The position numbers were made by a program, and so were the translations under genes. Below the pieces are notes generated by a model. The model ran no database searches, was not told the DNA's origin, and was given only the letters and a program-made list of their open reading frames with translations. Below, in pieces: positions 46,740 through 58,339 of a stretch of 64,000 nt of DNA. How positions within the stretch are numbered: position 1 is the first letter of the stretch; each line of letters begins with the position of its first letter. Source of the DNA: Bilabrum cf. latius (Eukaryota); the NCBI GenBank assembly GCA_965178125.1, contig OZ237743.1:930001-994000 (forward strand), in the 5' to 3' direction.

Positions 46740-46955
46740 ATGGAACGATAGGCTCAGCATAGGGGTGCAAGAAGTTCCGATGGCCGTAGTGAACATGAAC
46801 GGTCGTGCTAGGCGCTTGCATGCGAAATTTAGAAGTGTCTCGCAAGACATGGTTACAACGAATAGAGATGTGCATCCGTGGTCAAAGAGTGGAGAAACTG
46901 CGTCAGCTTGAAGACAAAGCCCCAGAATTCGAAGCCTCCAGGGCAAACGAAGTAA
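46740..46955 (+). CDS. CMC4: Twin CX9C mitochondrial intermembrane-space protein, CMC4/p8-MTCP1-like, 71 aa
   Basis: With TAG = Gln: MERQAQHRGARSSDGRSEHERSCQALACEIQKCLARHGYNEQRCASVVKEWRNC...-TAA. Exact CX9C-X10-CX9C spacing and the family ACEIQKCL motif. TAGs at 46749, 46809, 46830 and 46863. Confidence 0.85.
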
Positions 46956-47179
46956 TTACTGCCGCCCTACATGAACACGAAGCAGCACCTCCTGGATACT
47001 TCCTGACGCCAACCAAATCAGTAGCACAACGAAAAGTTCATTGATAACAACAATGTAATACTTACCACCTGAACGGCTTTATGATAGGGACTGTCGCTCA
47101 ACTTCCAAAGTGATCGTGAAGGGCAATCAATAGCGCTAAACACTTATATGTATATATCGATTTAGCGTCGCAGCTAGAT

Positions 47180-47252
47180 GCCTGTATAGCTCAGTTGGTA
47201 GAGTGACTGTTTCGTAATCAGTTGGTCCTCGGTTCGATCCCGAGTGTAGGCA
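47180..47252 (+). tRNA. tRNA-Thr, anticodon CGT, intronless
   Basis: Acceptor stem GCCTGTA/TGTAGGC; D arm GCTC-AGTTGGTA-GAGT; anticodon arm ACTGT-TTCGTAA-TCAGT (one U-U pair); T arm CTCGG-TTCGATC-CCGAG. AT-rich TATA-like stretch ~30 nt upstream. Confidence 0.93.
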
Positions 47253-47256
47253 CATC

Positions 47257-47261
47257 TTTTT
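47257..47261 (+). terminator. Pol III oligo-T terminator of tRNA-Thr
   Basis: TTTTT starting 5 nt after the discriminator base. Confidence 0.7.
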
Positions 47262-47476
47262 GGTATTTGCACGTGGCACGTTGTCAGTTCGAGTGACTAG
47301 TTCGAGTGATTACTTCTAGAAACGTTTGCTTCATCAATTTTTTCCTATGCTGTTCGTGTATACACTGAGACGCTTCTTGTTTTTTGCAACAAATTTCCCC
47401 CCCACTCATCACACCATCATGCTTGCCAACAACCGAAACCGGCGGAAAGCAATCCCACGGCGGCACTGTTGTAGCT

Positions 47477-50400
47477 ATGGGATGCGGATCATCATCCCCT
47501 GTGCTTGAAGCTGCTGGCAGCGAAATCACGTCATCTAGTCCAGTATCTTCAGCTGGCAAAGATGGCGGCGTGACAGCCCAGCAGAAGTTGCAAGATTCCG
47601 CTGCCCTTCATGAGCAACAAGTGGCCCGCATACCTGACGGTGTGCAAGGAAACGTCCAGACTAGCTGCTCAATGAATGTAGCTGCAGAGTTGCTTCCTTC
47701 CCAGATGGCGCTGCAGTGTGGGGCCCAGAGTGGAAGCGTTTAGGTTGTGCTGGAGCACCCGAACGCCGACCTGCTGGCTACCGTGCAGCGTGCAGCGAAA
47801 GGGTTGCGTTTCTCTGCCAACGGATTTATTCCAGAGCATTTGCCATAGAAGAGTACGAAGACCCTCGCTGATATTTACAGAGAGGAGCTGTTGATTCGTC
47901 GGCGGCTGGCTTCAGTGCTAATCGGGTGAGGTCATATGCTTGCCAGCGCTACTAGTATGGAAGCCTGCGCTTCAGGCTATTCCTATTCGGGTTTCACAAA
48001 CCGGTGCCAAGTGGTTGTCAGGTTCGTAAGGCATTTGGCGGCATACACCCACCTAGAGTTGCCGTTGGGTCGCATGATCGCTTGTGGTCGCTCTGCATTC
48101 CACCGGTGTTGGACTGCGTCGTTCATTTGACTTAATTTCGCAGGGCTTTAAAAACAGCCGGTGGCTCTGTGAAAGCCACTTCGACTCTACCAGCGCCTGC
48201 AGTGCCGCCGAAAAGCACGCCTCGGCCGCCAGGCGCGCCTGTGTTTCTTCGCAGCCGCCGCATGGCGCAGTGGACCATCAGCGGACATCTGCAAACCGCG
48301 TTGGACTTGCTGTAGTTCCCATCCATCGCGGGAGACTAGGGCAGGCCGCTGTCCCGGTCCGCCAATCTTGTGGCGCAAGCGGTCGCCGCCGCCGCCCGCG
48401 AGGTCGGTGCCACGCAGCGACCCTCGGGAGACGGCAGGGCCCCGCTCCTCAGCGGAAACTCCGTCGTGAGAGGCGGCGGCGCCCGGGCGGGACACCTGGC
48501 TGGCGGGCTCAGCCCAGGCACCCCCACGGGGTCCTCCCCCTCCTCCTCCAGCTGCACCTCCAGGCTGCGCACAACGAGCCTGGCGAAGGAGCTGCACGGC
48601 CTCCAGTTCGCCAAGCCCTTCAGCAAGGGAGGGTTCGGGAAGGTGCTGCTCGCCGCCGAGATGCGGGGCATGGTGCGGGACCCTGCGACTGGGAATGTGA
48701 CGAGTGCGGCCACGATGGCGGTGAAGGCGATCGACCTGGCCAAGCTGAGGGGCAGGAGGGAGAAGATGCTCAAGCGGTGCAAAGAGGTGAGATGCCGAGG
48801 ACTCAGGGCGTTCATGCACAGTCTAGTCGAGAAAAGACGCGCACGCGTGCTCGCTGCGCTGCCCTGCAAATCGAGTCGGCGTTGGTACGTACTCCTGGCA
48901 GCATCTCTCCACTGCATTCAAGTATGCATCTCCCGTGTTTCGATTTGACCGCTACCCTCGCAGGAATCCGCATTCGCCCGCATCGCCGGGGCTGATGGGG
49001 GCCCTTTCGTGGCCAACATCCTGGCAGAGTTCGAGTCGTAGTCGCAGCTGGTGCTGCTGCAGGAATTCGTGCCCGGAGGCGATCTCTATTCACTGCTTAG
49101 GGGGGTGGGCAGACTCAAGGAGTCGCTGGCCTGCCGGGTGGTGGCTGAGGTCCTCCTCTCGCTCCTGCACATGCACCGGCTGGGCATCCTACACCGAGAT
49201 CTGAAGAGCGAGAACGTCCTCATCACGGCCGAGGGCCACCTGAAGCTCATCGACTTCGGGCTGGCAGCGGACGAGCTGGAGCAGACGGGCCAGAGGCTCA
49301 CCGACGGGCCGCAGCTGCGCGTGCCCAAAGACCACTGGATCGTCAAGGCCTCCCTTCCCCCCGCCGATGACAGCGCCCCCATGCCCAGCTCGGACCCCTT
49401 GTCGCTGGAACCCCTAGAGCACAGGCCGGACGGGCGAGGGAACACCCGCCCCCTCTCCACGGGCAGGGACACGGTCGTGGGGCCGGGCAGCAGCAGGGTG
49501 ACCCGTGCGGGGGGCAGCAGGGAACAAAGGGACCCCTCCGCCAGCACGGCCAGCGGTGGGGAACAAGGCACGCCCCGGACCACCACCTCGAGTGCGGCGA
49601 GTGCGGGGGGGCTGCAGGGCAGGAGGCAGTCGCCACGGTCCTGGGGCAAGCACCAGGCGGCGGAGCTGGCGGCGGAGCTGGCGGCGACAGGGGGTCAAGC
49701 GGGCCTGTCTGCAGAGTCGCAGCAGGCCACCGGTGCCTCGGCTGTGGGAGCCAGCGATGTCCGTGGGTTCTCCGTGAGCAGCATGGGAGGCGCTGACGGC
49801 GGGACTCAGGCGGTGCAGGGGGGTCACCGCTCGGTGCAGGTGATGCACCCCCAGCTGCAAACTGTGCAGGAGAGAGAGAGCCAGGGGAGCAGCTCGGGGG
49901 ACGCCGACGACGCAGCCGTCACCCGCAACCCTGTCAAGAGCGCCTTCAAGGGTGGCAAGAAGGAGGGCTTCTCCGGTACCGGCGGGGTGCAGTCCACTGT
50001 GACGACCCAGGGAACAAGCGATTCGACGGACGACGCCGTGGGGATGTAGACCACGGGCAGCGTGCCTGGCTCCAGCGACACCACGCCCTCCAGGCCCCTC
50101 CCTGCCTCGCATTCGAACCCTCTGTCCGGGATCGGAGCCGGAGCAGGGGCTGCTGGGGGAACAGTGGGCCCCAATGGCACCAGCGTCAGCAAGGTGTCGC
50201 CTCTCAGCGCGGCATTGAACCCCGCTCCTGCCGTCGTGATCACGGCGAATCCTGCGGCTGCTGCTGGTGTCAAGCCACCACCGGACGCGGCTGGCGCAGT
50301 CGGTGCTGGCGGCACCGAGGGCGGCAGGAAGCAGAGGCACTGGTCGAAAGGGGGCAGGCCGAATCCAGTGGCAGTTTAGGTGGTCAACGAGGGCAGCACT

Positions 50401-51660
50401 GCCGAGGGCGCCACTGGGATCACCTCCACGGCAGAGCACTCGCACTCGCTGGGTGCCGCGTGGCGACTGGAGGACAGCATATCCTCGCCGGGGTGGAAGC
50501 AGGCTAAGGCGAAACTCAGGAGGACTAGCAGAGACACCAGGGCGGCTGCAAAGGGTAAGCAGAAGGGTGGCAAGCACGGCACACCGGCTGCTGCTGCTGC
50601 CGCTGGGTCCGGTGCTGGTGCAGGTGGGGGTGCCTCCAAGGGCGGGGGCGTGTGGGACACTGGCCCGTACACGGGGCCGGGCAACGACCCTGAAGTCCAG
50701 AAGCAGATGCGCGGCATGGACAGCGGCAGCAGCACTCCGGATGCAGACGTGGCGGCCGCGGGATCGAACCCCACTCACCTGGGAGGTGGCCCGCCCCCCC
50801 CCTTGCTGGCGGGCATGTCCAACCGGGCCAGCGACGCCTCGTATGCCTCTGGGCTGTCGAGCAGGGCCATCACGCCGAGCTCCAATGCCATGTCGCAGGT
50901 GAGGCTGCAGTCCCAGGCGAGCCAGGGGTCGGTCAGGGGGGGTGCCGGGAGTTTCGGGGGTGCCCCCACCTCGGGGTCAGAGAGGCCGGGGAGTGCTGGT
51001 CGGCTGGGCAGGCAGCGCCTCGCGCTGGCGATGAAGGGTCCTGTGGAGGCGGAGTTTGCCTCCGCCGGTGGTCTCGAGAAGACGGCGGATTTGTCCACGA
51101 ATGCGATGGAGAGGGAGGTCGCGGGGGGCAAGGCGAGAAGGGGGGCGCGCTGGAGGCGGTTCTCCGGTGTGGGCACGACCGCCTTTTTGGCCCCCGAGGT
51201 GGTAGCGGGGACGGGACACGGCTATGCGAGCGATTACTGGGCGCTGGGCGTGCTCATGTTCCAGTGCCTCACCGGCAAGACGCCCTTCCGGGTCAAGGGC
51301 CAGACGCAGCAGACCTACCGCAACATCCTCAAGGGGAGGGTGACCTGGCCCAGGGGCACCGAGTCCAGAGTGAGCAGCGAGGCCAAGCAGTTGCTCAAGA
51401 TTTTGCTCACCCTGGATCCGTCCAAGAGGGTGGGCAGCGACGGGCCGGAGCGGGCCTTTGAGAGGCTCATGGACCACGCCTGGTTCAAAAAGTACAAGAT
51501 CGACTGGCGGTCGCTCCACGAGGGAGACGGGCCATTCGTGCCCGTTCTACAAGGGTGCTTGGACACGGGGTATTTCGAGGAGATGCACGGCATCTCGGAG
51601 TTTGCGTTCAGTGGCGGGGACGAGGATATTGCCGGTGCAAGCGACGAGCTCGGCTTTTGA
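47477..51660 (+). CDS. Greatwall/MAST/Rim15-like AGC kinase 1 (~1,262 aa)
   Basis: MGCGSSS N-terminus; introns 47926..48143 and 48787..48963. KPFSKGGFGKV, AVK, EFVPGGDL, HRDLKSEN, DFG, ~640-aa insert, GTTAFLAPE, DYWALG, AGC tail PFVP....DTGYFE. 7 TAGs. Ends in TGA. Confidence 0.85.
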
Positions 51661-51983
51661 CTCGGTCTTTTGAGAGTGTATCCAAAAAAGTTGTCGCCGC
51701 TACTTCTGCCACTTTGGTTCATCTGCGAATCGTAATACTTAATTCTTGGTGATTCAATTGTGTCAGTTCGGTCAAATTGCTGAGGAGCGTGGCGTCAAAG
51801 GCATCTGAGACCGTAATTGCATCCGATCGGCTCGGAGTTTTTCCAATACAGAAATCGAGGTCGGTGATACGTGTGCAGCGAATGCAAAGCTGCTCATAAC
51901 ATATCATATCATACCAGAGACAATCCACATGATGGGGAGGGTCAACACTGCAGCCCATCTTGATTCCCTCCTCCGTTCCACCG

Positions 51984-52877
51984 GCCCCTTCATCACACGA
52001 GCCAAGTGCAGACACTGCTCGATTCAATACCGCAAGCCCCTCATCGACGCCTACTCTGTGGAGCTACCGCTGGAGAGGCGCCCATCGTCAATCGGAGTAG
52101 ACACCCTGCCGCCACTCATGGCAGCGCCCACGCCTGGCTTGGGCGCGGCACTCGACCCCAGGTTCGGCATGGGCGCCGACATCCCGTCGTTGTCGGCATC
52201 TCGCATCCCAAGCATCACCCCGTCTTCCTCGTCCTCGTCTTCGTCCTCGTCCTCGCTGTCTGAGGGCCATGCCATTGCCTTGGCGCCTCCATCAGCAGTG
52301 TTGCCTGCATCGACCGCCTCTGCCCCATCCTCCTCGGCAGCATCTCCCCATTCGGGTGCGAGCGGCTCCGTCAGCTCAAATTCACTCAGATCCGTCTGGC
52401 GCTCAAAGTATCCCGTGTCCATGGGACCCCTCAGCTTCGGCACATACGGGCCCGGCTTGTCGTACAGCTTGGACCAGTCCACTCCGTGCTTCACGAACCA
52501 CGGGTGGTTCCTCAGCTCCTCAAAAGCCGCCTCGGGCCCCTTGCCCCCGATCCGGTCCTCCACGCTGGGCTCGAACAGCCTGGACAACAAGTCCTGCGCC
52601 TCCGGACTCATCCTCTCCTGCGCGCCCGCGGGCCACCTGATCTTGCGATACAGGATGTTGTCATACGTGCGGCTCACGCTGCGGCTGTCCCGGAAAGGAG
52701 TCCTGCCGGTGAGGCACTGGAACATGAGCACGCCCAGCGCCCAGTAGTCGCTCGCATAGCCGTGCCCCTTGCCAGTGATCAGCTCGGGAGCCAAGAAGGC
52801 AGTCGTGCCCACAGCCGAGTACCTTCTCCAGGCAGTCCCAGTGTAGGCGGGATCGTTCCTGTCGAACTAGGCGCGCT
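51984..52877. repeat. ~890-bp near-identical direct repeat, copy 1 (partner 57446..58339)
   Basis: Offset 5,462. Covers the kinase C-lobe, tail and ~40 nt of 3' flank, with few substitutions. Confidence 0.92.
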
Positions 52878-55800
52878 CGCCGTGTCCACTGCTCGATTCC
52901 AGGGATGCCATGCCTGGACCAGCTGTGGACCACTTGGTCGCGCCTGGCTAATTCGACCTCGACACGGGCGCCTGGCCCTTCTGGCTTACTTCACGCTTCC
53001 GATGGTCCTTGGCCGCTGCAGCGCCAGAGGCAGACTGTGCTGTCCTAGATTTGGCAGGCGTGCCCTATTCTCGCGCGCCTACCTGCTCTGGACCTGATTG
53101 CCCCCCTGCAAGGCGCGAGATCTTACCAAGTCCGATTGAGCGTGCTCCACGGGCACCACCGGGCTAAGATGCGGGGCAGCTTCTGGGCGTGAGGGCTGCA
53201 GGGGCAGCTGATACCGTCTATTTGCTGCTCATCAGTGGCATCTGTGGCATTGGGCCGCCTGGCCCATTGACATGCTTGCGTGTGCCACCAACCAACTGCT
53301 ACTGGTTGCCTCTAGCCAGCTTGCCCCGTGCACTTGCCGCCAGAGCCACCTCATCGTCCACCACCAGTGCTTGCCTCCCCTGCTAGGCTCGCACACTATC
53401 ATTTCCATGGTCGTTGCTCTGCATTGGAGTGCAAGACAGGATCCCGTTGGAGGCAGCAGCAAACGCCCTTCCAGCAGTCTCGCTGGCGCTGTTGGTCGAC
53501 GTCGGGTCCGTGCTTCCACTACCGGTGCAACCGCTCGTGGTGGCGTCGTCTTCCTCGCCATTGTCACTGTCATCCGAATCACCATCCCTTGACCTGCTGC
53601 ACTGCATGGCCTCGCTGCCTGGCGCAAGCTTGCTATCGACAGGGCTCGATTGCACCGCTGTGCTTGGCTTGAGTATCCCCCGCAGTGTAGAGATACCGCT
53701 GTGCTACGGTGAGGCTAAGGTAGACGATGGTGCCTGAGTCTAAACCAAAGCAGGAACATTCCCCCCAGGACCATATGGCAAAGCTGTAGTGCCAGCATTT
53801 GCGCCCTCGCTGAAGGAGGCCAGTCCACCTGTCTCGCTCTGCTGCATGGCATCATCCTGGCTGCGATGAGCACTGCCTTCGTATTTGTCGCTTGACTGCT
53901 CCTTGGCCGTGTGCAGGGCCTGTTCAATGGCTTGGCCCTGGCACCAGCTGGACGAGGATGTGGTCACTTGCTGCCTCTGGGCGCGTGTCTTCCGGCACCG
54001 CCGCCGTCGCCGTCGGTTTCGCATTAACGGTCCGCGATTCAGGCTATCAGATGCATTCTCGTCACATCCGCCCTCAGTTGTCCTCATGCTTGCACCCTGC
54101 ACTAGCGGCTGCGGTGGCCGGGGTTTCCCTTCCCGAGCACTACCAGCAGCAATAGCACCGCCACCGACACCGACACCGCCGCTTACTCCAACTGAGGACG
54201 ACGACGAGTGCGCTGCACTGGCATGCACTGCACCTGCGCAAGGACCTCGAAGGCTTGCCTGCGTGGGTGCTACTGGTCCCAGCACGCCGACAGAGTCCAC
54301 CGATGAGCCTGCGCTGATGCCTTCGCTCTGCCCGGTTGCGACCACCACAGTACCGGGCTTGTTGGTCCGGTAGACGTCGTCGCTTGCGTGGTACGCTGCA
54401 GACCGCGAGGATGCTGCAGCCTCTGTGATGCCCTTGCCTTCACTTGCACATCCCGTGGGCCTGGGCATGGCCACCACTGCCACCCCAGACCCCGACCGCG
54501 ACTCCATCTGCACCTGCCCGGGCGGTTGGGCTCCCCTTGGGGTCGGGGGCCGCTGGATGGAGCGGTCTGTCGTAACCGGGTCTTGCATACCGCCGTGGCC
54601 GATGGCCAGCAGCCCACGCATGTTGAGCATTTCCTCTTCGGGCTGTGCCTTTTGCTCCTGTCGAAGCGCAGCGGCACCATTTGTCGCTTCCGATTCCTGA
54701 TATTTACACGACATGACCATCGCACCACTCATCGCACCCTTTGAATCGGAGGACCCGGAGCCAGAAGTGTTCCCAACCTGCCCTGCGCCCCTTGTGCTCG
54801 ACTCTTCGAACGTGTCACGCAACCTGACGTCACTGCCCACGGCGGCACCTGCAGAGATACCGGTCTCACGGGTGCCGGTAGTGGCCTGAACAGCCCCATT
54901 GCCGGGGCGGGTAACACTGGAAGGGCCTAATTCACTCGTCAGACATCCTCCCGCAGCCGCTCTTTGCTCATCCAGAGGCTCGCACGCTTTTTCACACCTC
55001 GCCTCTCTCCTCTCGGCGGTCTTGGTCCTCTCGTGTGCCCTCTTCAATTCAGTAGCTCTGTGCGATTCCACCACTTTTTCGTACACAGTTCTGCGGCGAA
55101 GCACCTCTATCTCCACCGCCCCCGCTCGCTTCATGGGGACTAGCTCCTCCAACATGAACGAAGAAGGGCCAGCCACTGGCTGCAAGTGCTAAGGAGGCCG
55201 TGTCCTGCCCTCGGTACTTGTACTCATCCCGCGGTAGCCTTGGTAGCCTCCAGCGCGCAATCCTGATGAGGTGGAACGCAGCGGGGGCTCCTTTCGTGAG
55301 CCGTGTGGGGTGTCATGCATTCCACCATGGCGAAACGTTGGTGTTCCCTGGTTTGATGTTCCCAAGGCACCGTGCACGCTTGACCCAAAGATCGTGGAGC
55401 TCCTCCCAGCCAGCCGTACCCCGCCCGCCGTCCTGTCGCTTCCCACCGTGTCGCTTGCCATTCCGGCATCCACCTCATTCTTGCGTGAGCCGCTCGACGC
55501 AGCCTGTGAGCCGACTGTACCGTGGGGCAGCACCAACGCAGCGGCGGTGCCTTTGGCCTATTGACTGCGAGAAAGTCGGGCTTGATGCTTTTGGTCGCGT
55601 CTTGATCGCTCTCCTGCCTCATCATGCAGAGCCACTCTGGATCGCATCTACCTCCGGTGCAATACGGCTGCTTGCCACCTCTCGATCGTGCCTGACGGTA
55701 CCAACCTTCTACCTTCGTGAGCGCATGGCTTGGTGAGAATCTCCAGCTCGTCCGCTGCCAGCCCGAAATCGATGAGCTTCAGGTGGCCCTCGGCCGTGAT

Positions 55801-56999
55801 GAGGACGTTCTCGCTCTTCAGGTCTCGGTGCAGGATGCCCAGCCGGTGCAGGTGCGCAATGCTCATGACAATCTCTGCCATCATTTTCGCTGCGTTGTCC
55901 TCCGGCAGGTGCCGAATGCCCTTTAGGAGAGAGTAAAGGTCGCCCCCTGGCACGAACTCCTGCACGACAACGAGTTTGGTCCTCGTCGTTATCCATCCGT
56001 AAATCTTTGCAACGAATGGATTCCTATCAACAGAGGCGAGGGCCGCAATGGTGGGTTCCTGCGAAACGGCAAGTCGAGTGCACAGAGCGAAATCTCGGCA
56101 AGTCGCGTCCGGCAGTGCCGCTGTCGGCACTCAACTTCGGCGATGAATTCGTGAATAAAGTGGGGCGAGTGAGCGGAGCGTGTTGAAGGTCGTTTTCTCA
56201 CCTGCTGGCATCTTTGGAGCATGTTTGACCCTCTCTGGCGAAGTCCGAGCAAGTCAATAGCCTTGGCGACCCTGACAGTCTTGAGGACGTCCAACGAATC
56301 GCTGCCAGTGTTGGTATTGTGTCCGAGCGAATCAGACTTCGGTCGAGCCAGCATCACGCGACCAAATCCGCCTTTCGCGTATGGTTTGAGGAATGCCAAG
56401 CTTTCAAGATATAAAGTGTGTGCGTCTTGCGACTACTCATGCCTCCCGCCGGTCGCCCTGCGTCGCACCGAAGGAAGCATCCGCTCGCATGCACCGACGA
56501 CTTGTCGCACGCAAGAAGACACCTCATCGGGCCATACTGCGTTGTGCTCCACAAACTGCATCAAATCAGCCAAAATTGAGCGATCGATGGTAGCCTTAGC
56601 CTCCTTTTCCAGTGCAAATCGAGTGACCGCATACGATCGCTGCGTGCCTCCAGTTCTGCATCCAATGGAAGAATATGCCAGCGCAAGCAGCCTTCGAAGC
56701 ACAATTATAGTAGATCGCTACACCTCCGGTCCAAAACGGCGGGAAAGCTCCAAGCTCTGGACACTTAGAGATGCAACGGCGTCATCCAGGTCGGCAACTA
56801 CTGTCGTCCGACCGTGGCCTCCTTGCACCAAATTCTCCGCCAAAACTGTCAAACTACAGATGCTAAGATTAACCGGCACGCCTTTCTTTGCGACTGTATC
56901 CTCAAACGGCGCTGACGGAGGAGACTGGCCTTGGTGATGCTGATGCGATGGCCACATCTCCTTTTCTACTTCACCATGAAGCGACAGGTTGCAGCCCAT
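52024..56999 (-). CDS. Greatwall/MAST/Rim15-like AGC kinase 2 (~1,610 aa)
   Basis: MGCNLSL start; intron 56201..56059. KPYAKGGFGRV, HRDLKSEN, DFG, ~985-aa insert, GTTAFLAPE, PYVPKLRGPMDTGYFE. About 15 TAGs, no TAA/TGA in the stretches I translated. Real stop is TGA at 52024. Confidence 0.85.
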
Positions 57000-57445
57000 T
57001 TCTCCAAAGTTCGGTTACCCAGACAAAATTCAAATCAAACTTTTTGGAATTGAGAGGCTGCAATACTCATATTGCTTTGCATTGCAAGCAAGTGAACTGC
57101 ACAATCAGCTGCTTGCGACCGAATCGTCCCCACTTGGGGGGGGGGGCAGCCGAAAACAATGAACTTTCCGTGGCGGTCGCCAATGCCAAGGTAAGGTGGA
57201 ACCAGGACAAGCAGGGCCCTAAGGCTGAGTGGTTGGCTCCAGTAGTGCCCAGGTAGCTCAGGACGCAGTGTAAAAGTTCCGGATACTCTTGGGGCAAGCG
57301 TTCAAGTCCACAACTGGCAGACATGTCACCGCATCACTGCGACCCAAACCAAGCTGCAGCTCATCGGCCAATGGCGCTCCAAAGCGGTTCATTGTCAATC
57401 GGCGTGGACACCCTACCACCATTGCAGCCCCTACTTCGATCCACC

Positions 57446-58339
57446 GCCCCTTCATCGCACGAGCCAAGTGCAGACACTGCTCGATTCAATACCGCATGCC
57501 CCTCATCTACGCCTACTCTGTGGAGCTACCGCTGGAGAGGCGCCCATCGTCAATCGGAGTAGACACCCTGCCACCACTCATGGCAGCGCCCACGCCTGGC
57601 TTGGGCGCGGCACTCGACCCCAGGTTCGGCATGGGCGCCGACATCCCGTCGTTGTCGGCATCTCGCATCCCAAGCATCACCCCGTCTTCCTCGTCCTCGT
57701 CTTCGTCCTCGTCCTCGCTGTCTGAGGGCCATGCCATTGCCTTGGCGCCTCCATCAGCAGTGTTGCCTGCATCGACCGCCTCTGCCCCATCCTCCTCGGC
57801 AGCATCTCCCCATTCGGGTGCGAGCGGCTCCGTCAGCTCAAATTCACTCAGATCCGTCTGGCACTCGAAGTACCCCGTGTCCATGGGACCCCTCAGCTTC
57901 GGCACATACGGGCCCGGCTTGTCGTACAGCTTGGACCAGTCCACTCCGTGCTTCACGAACCACGGGTGGTTCCTCAGCTCCTCGAAAGCCGCCTCGGGCC
58001 CCTTGCCCCCGATCCGGTCCTCCACGCTGGGCTCGAACAGCCTGGACAACAAGTCCTGCGCCTCCGGACTCATCCTCTCCTGCGCGCCCGCGGGCCACCT
58101 GATCTTGCGATACAGGATGTTGTCATACGTGCGGCTCACGCTGCGGCTGTCCCGGAAAGGAGTCCTGCCGGTGAGGCACTGGAACATAAGCACGCCCAGC
58201 GCCCAGTAGTCGCTCGCATAGCCGTGCCCCTTGCCAGTGATCAGCTCGGGAGCCAAGAAGGCAGTCGTGCCCACAGCCGAGTACCTTCTCCAGGCAGTCC
58301 CAGTGTAGGCGGGATCGTTCCTGTCAAACTAGGCGCGCT
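57446..58339. repeat. ~890-bp near-identical direct repeat, copy 2 (partner 51984..52877)
   Basis: The 253-aa ORF-track translations differ at one residue (ERQT vs ECQT). Confidence 0.92.

Noticed and set aside
46805-47044. ORF ending ...AAPPGYFLTP... as GatC-like
   Set aside because: The resemblance is superficial, and it overlaps the much better supported CMC4 in another frame.
47180-47252. tRNA as the UAG-decoding suppressor
   Set aside because: The anticodon loop TTCGTAA gives CGT (Thr), not CTA. I saw no tRNA-Gln(CUA) in this window.
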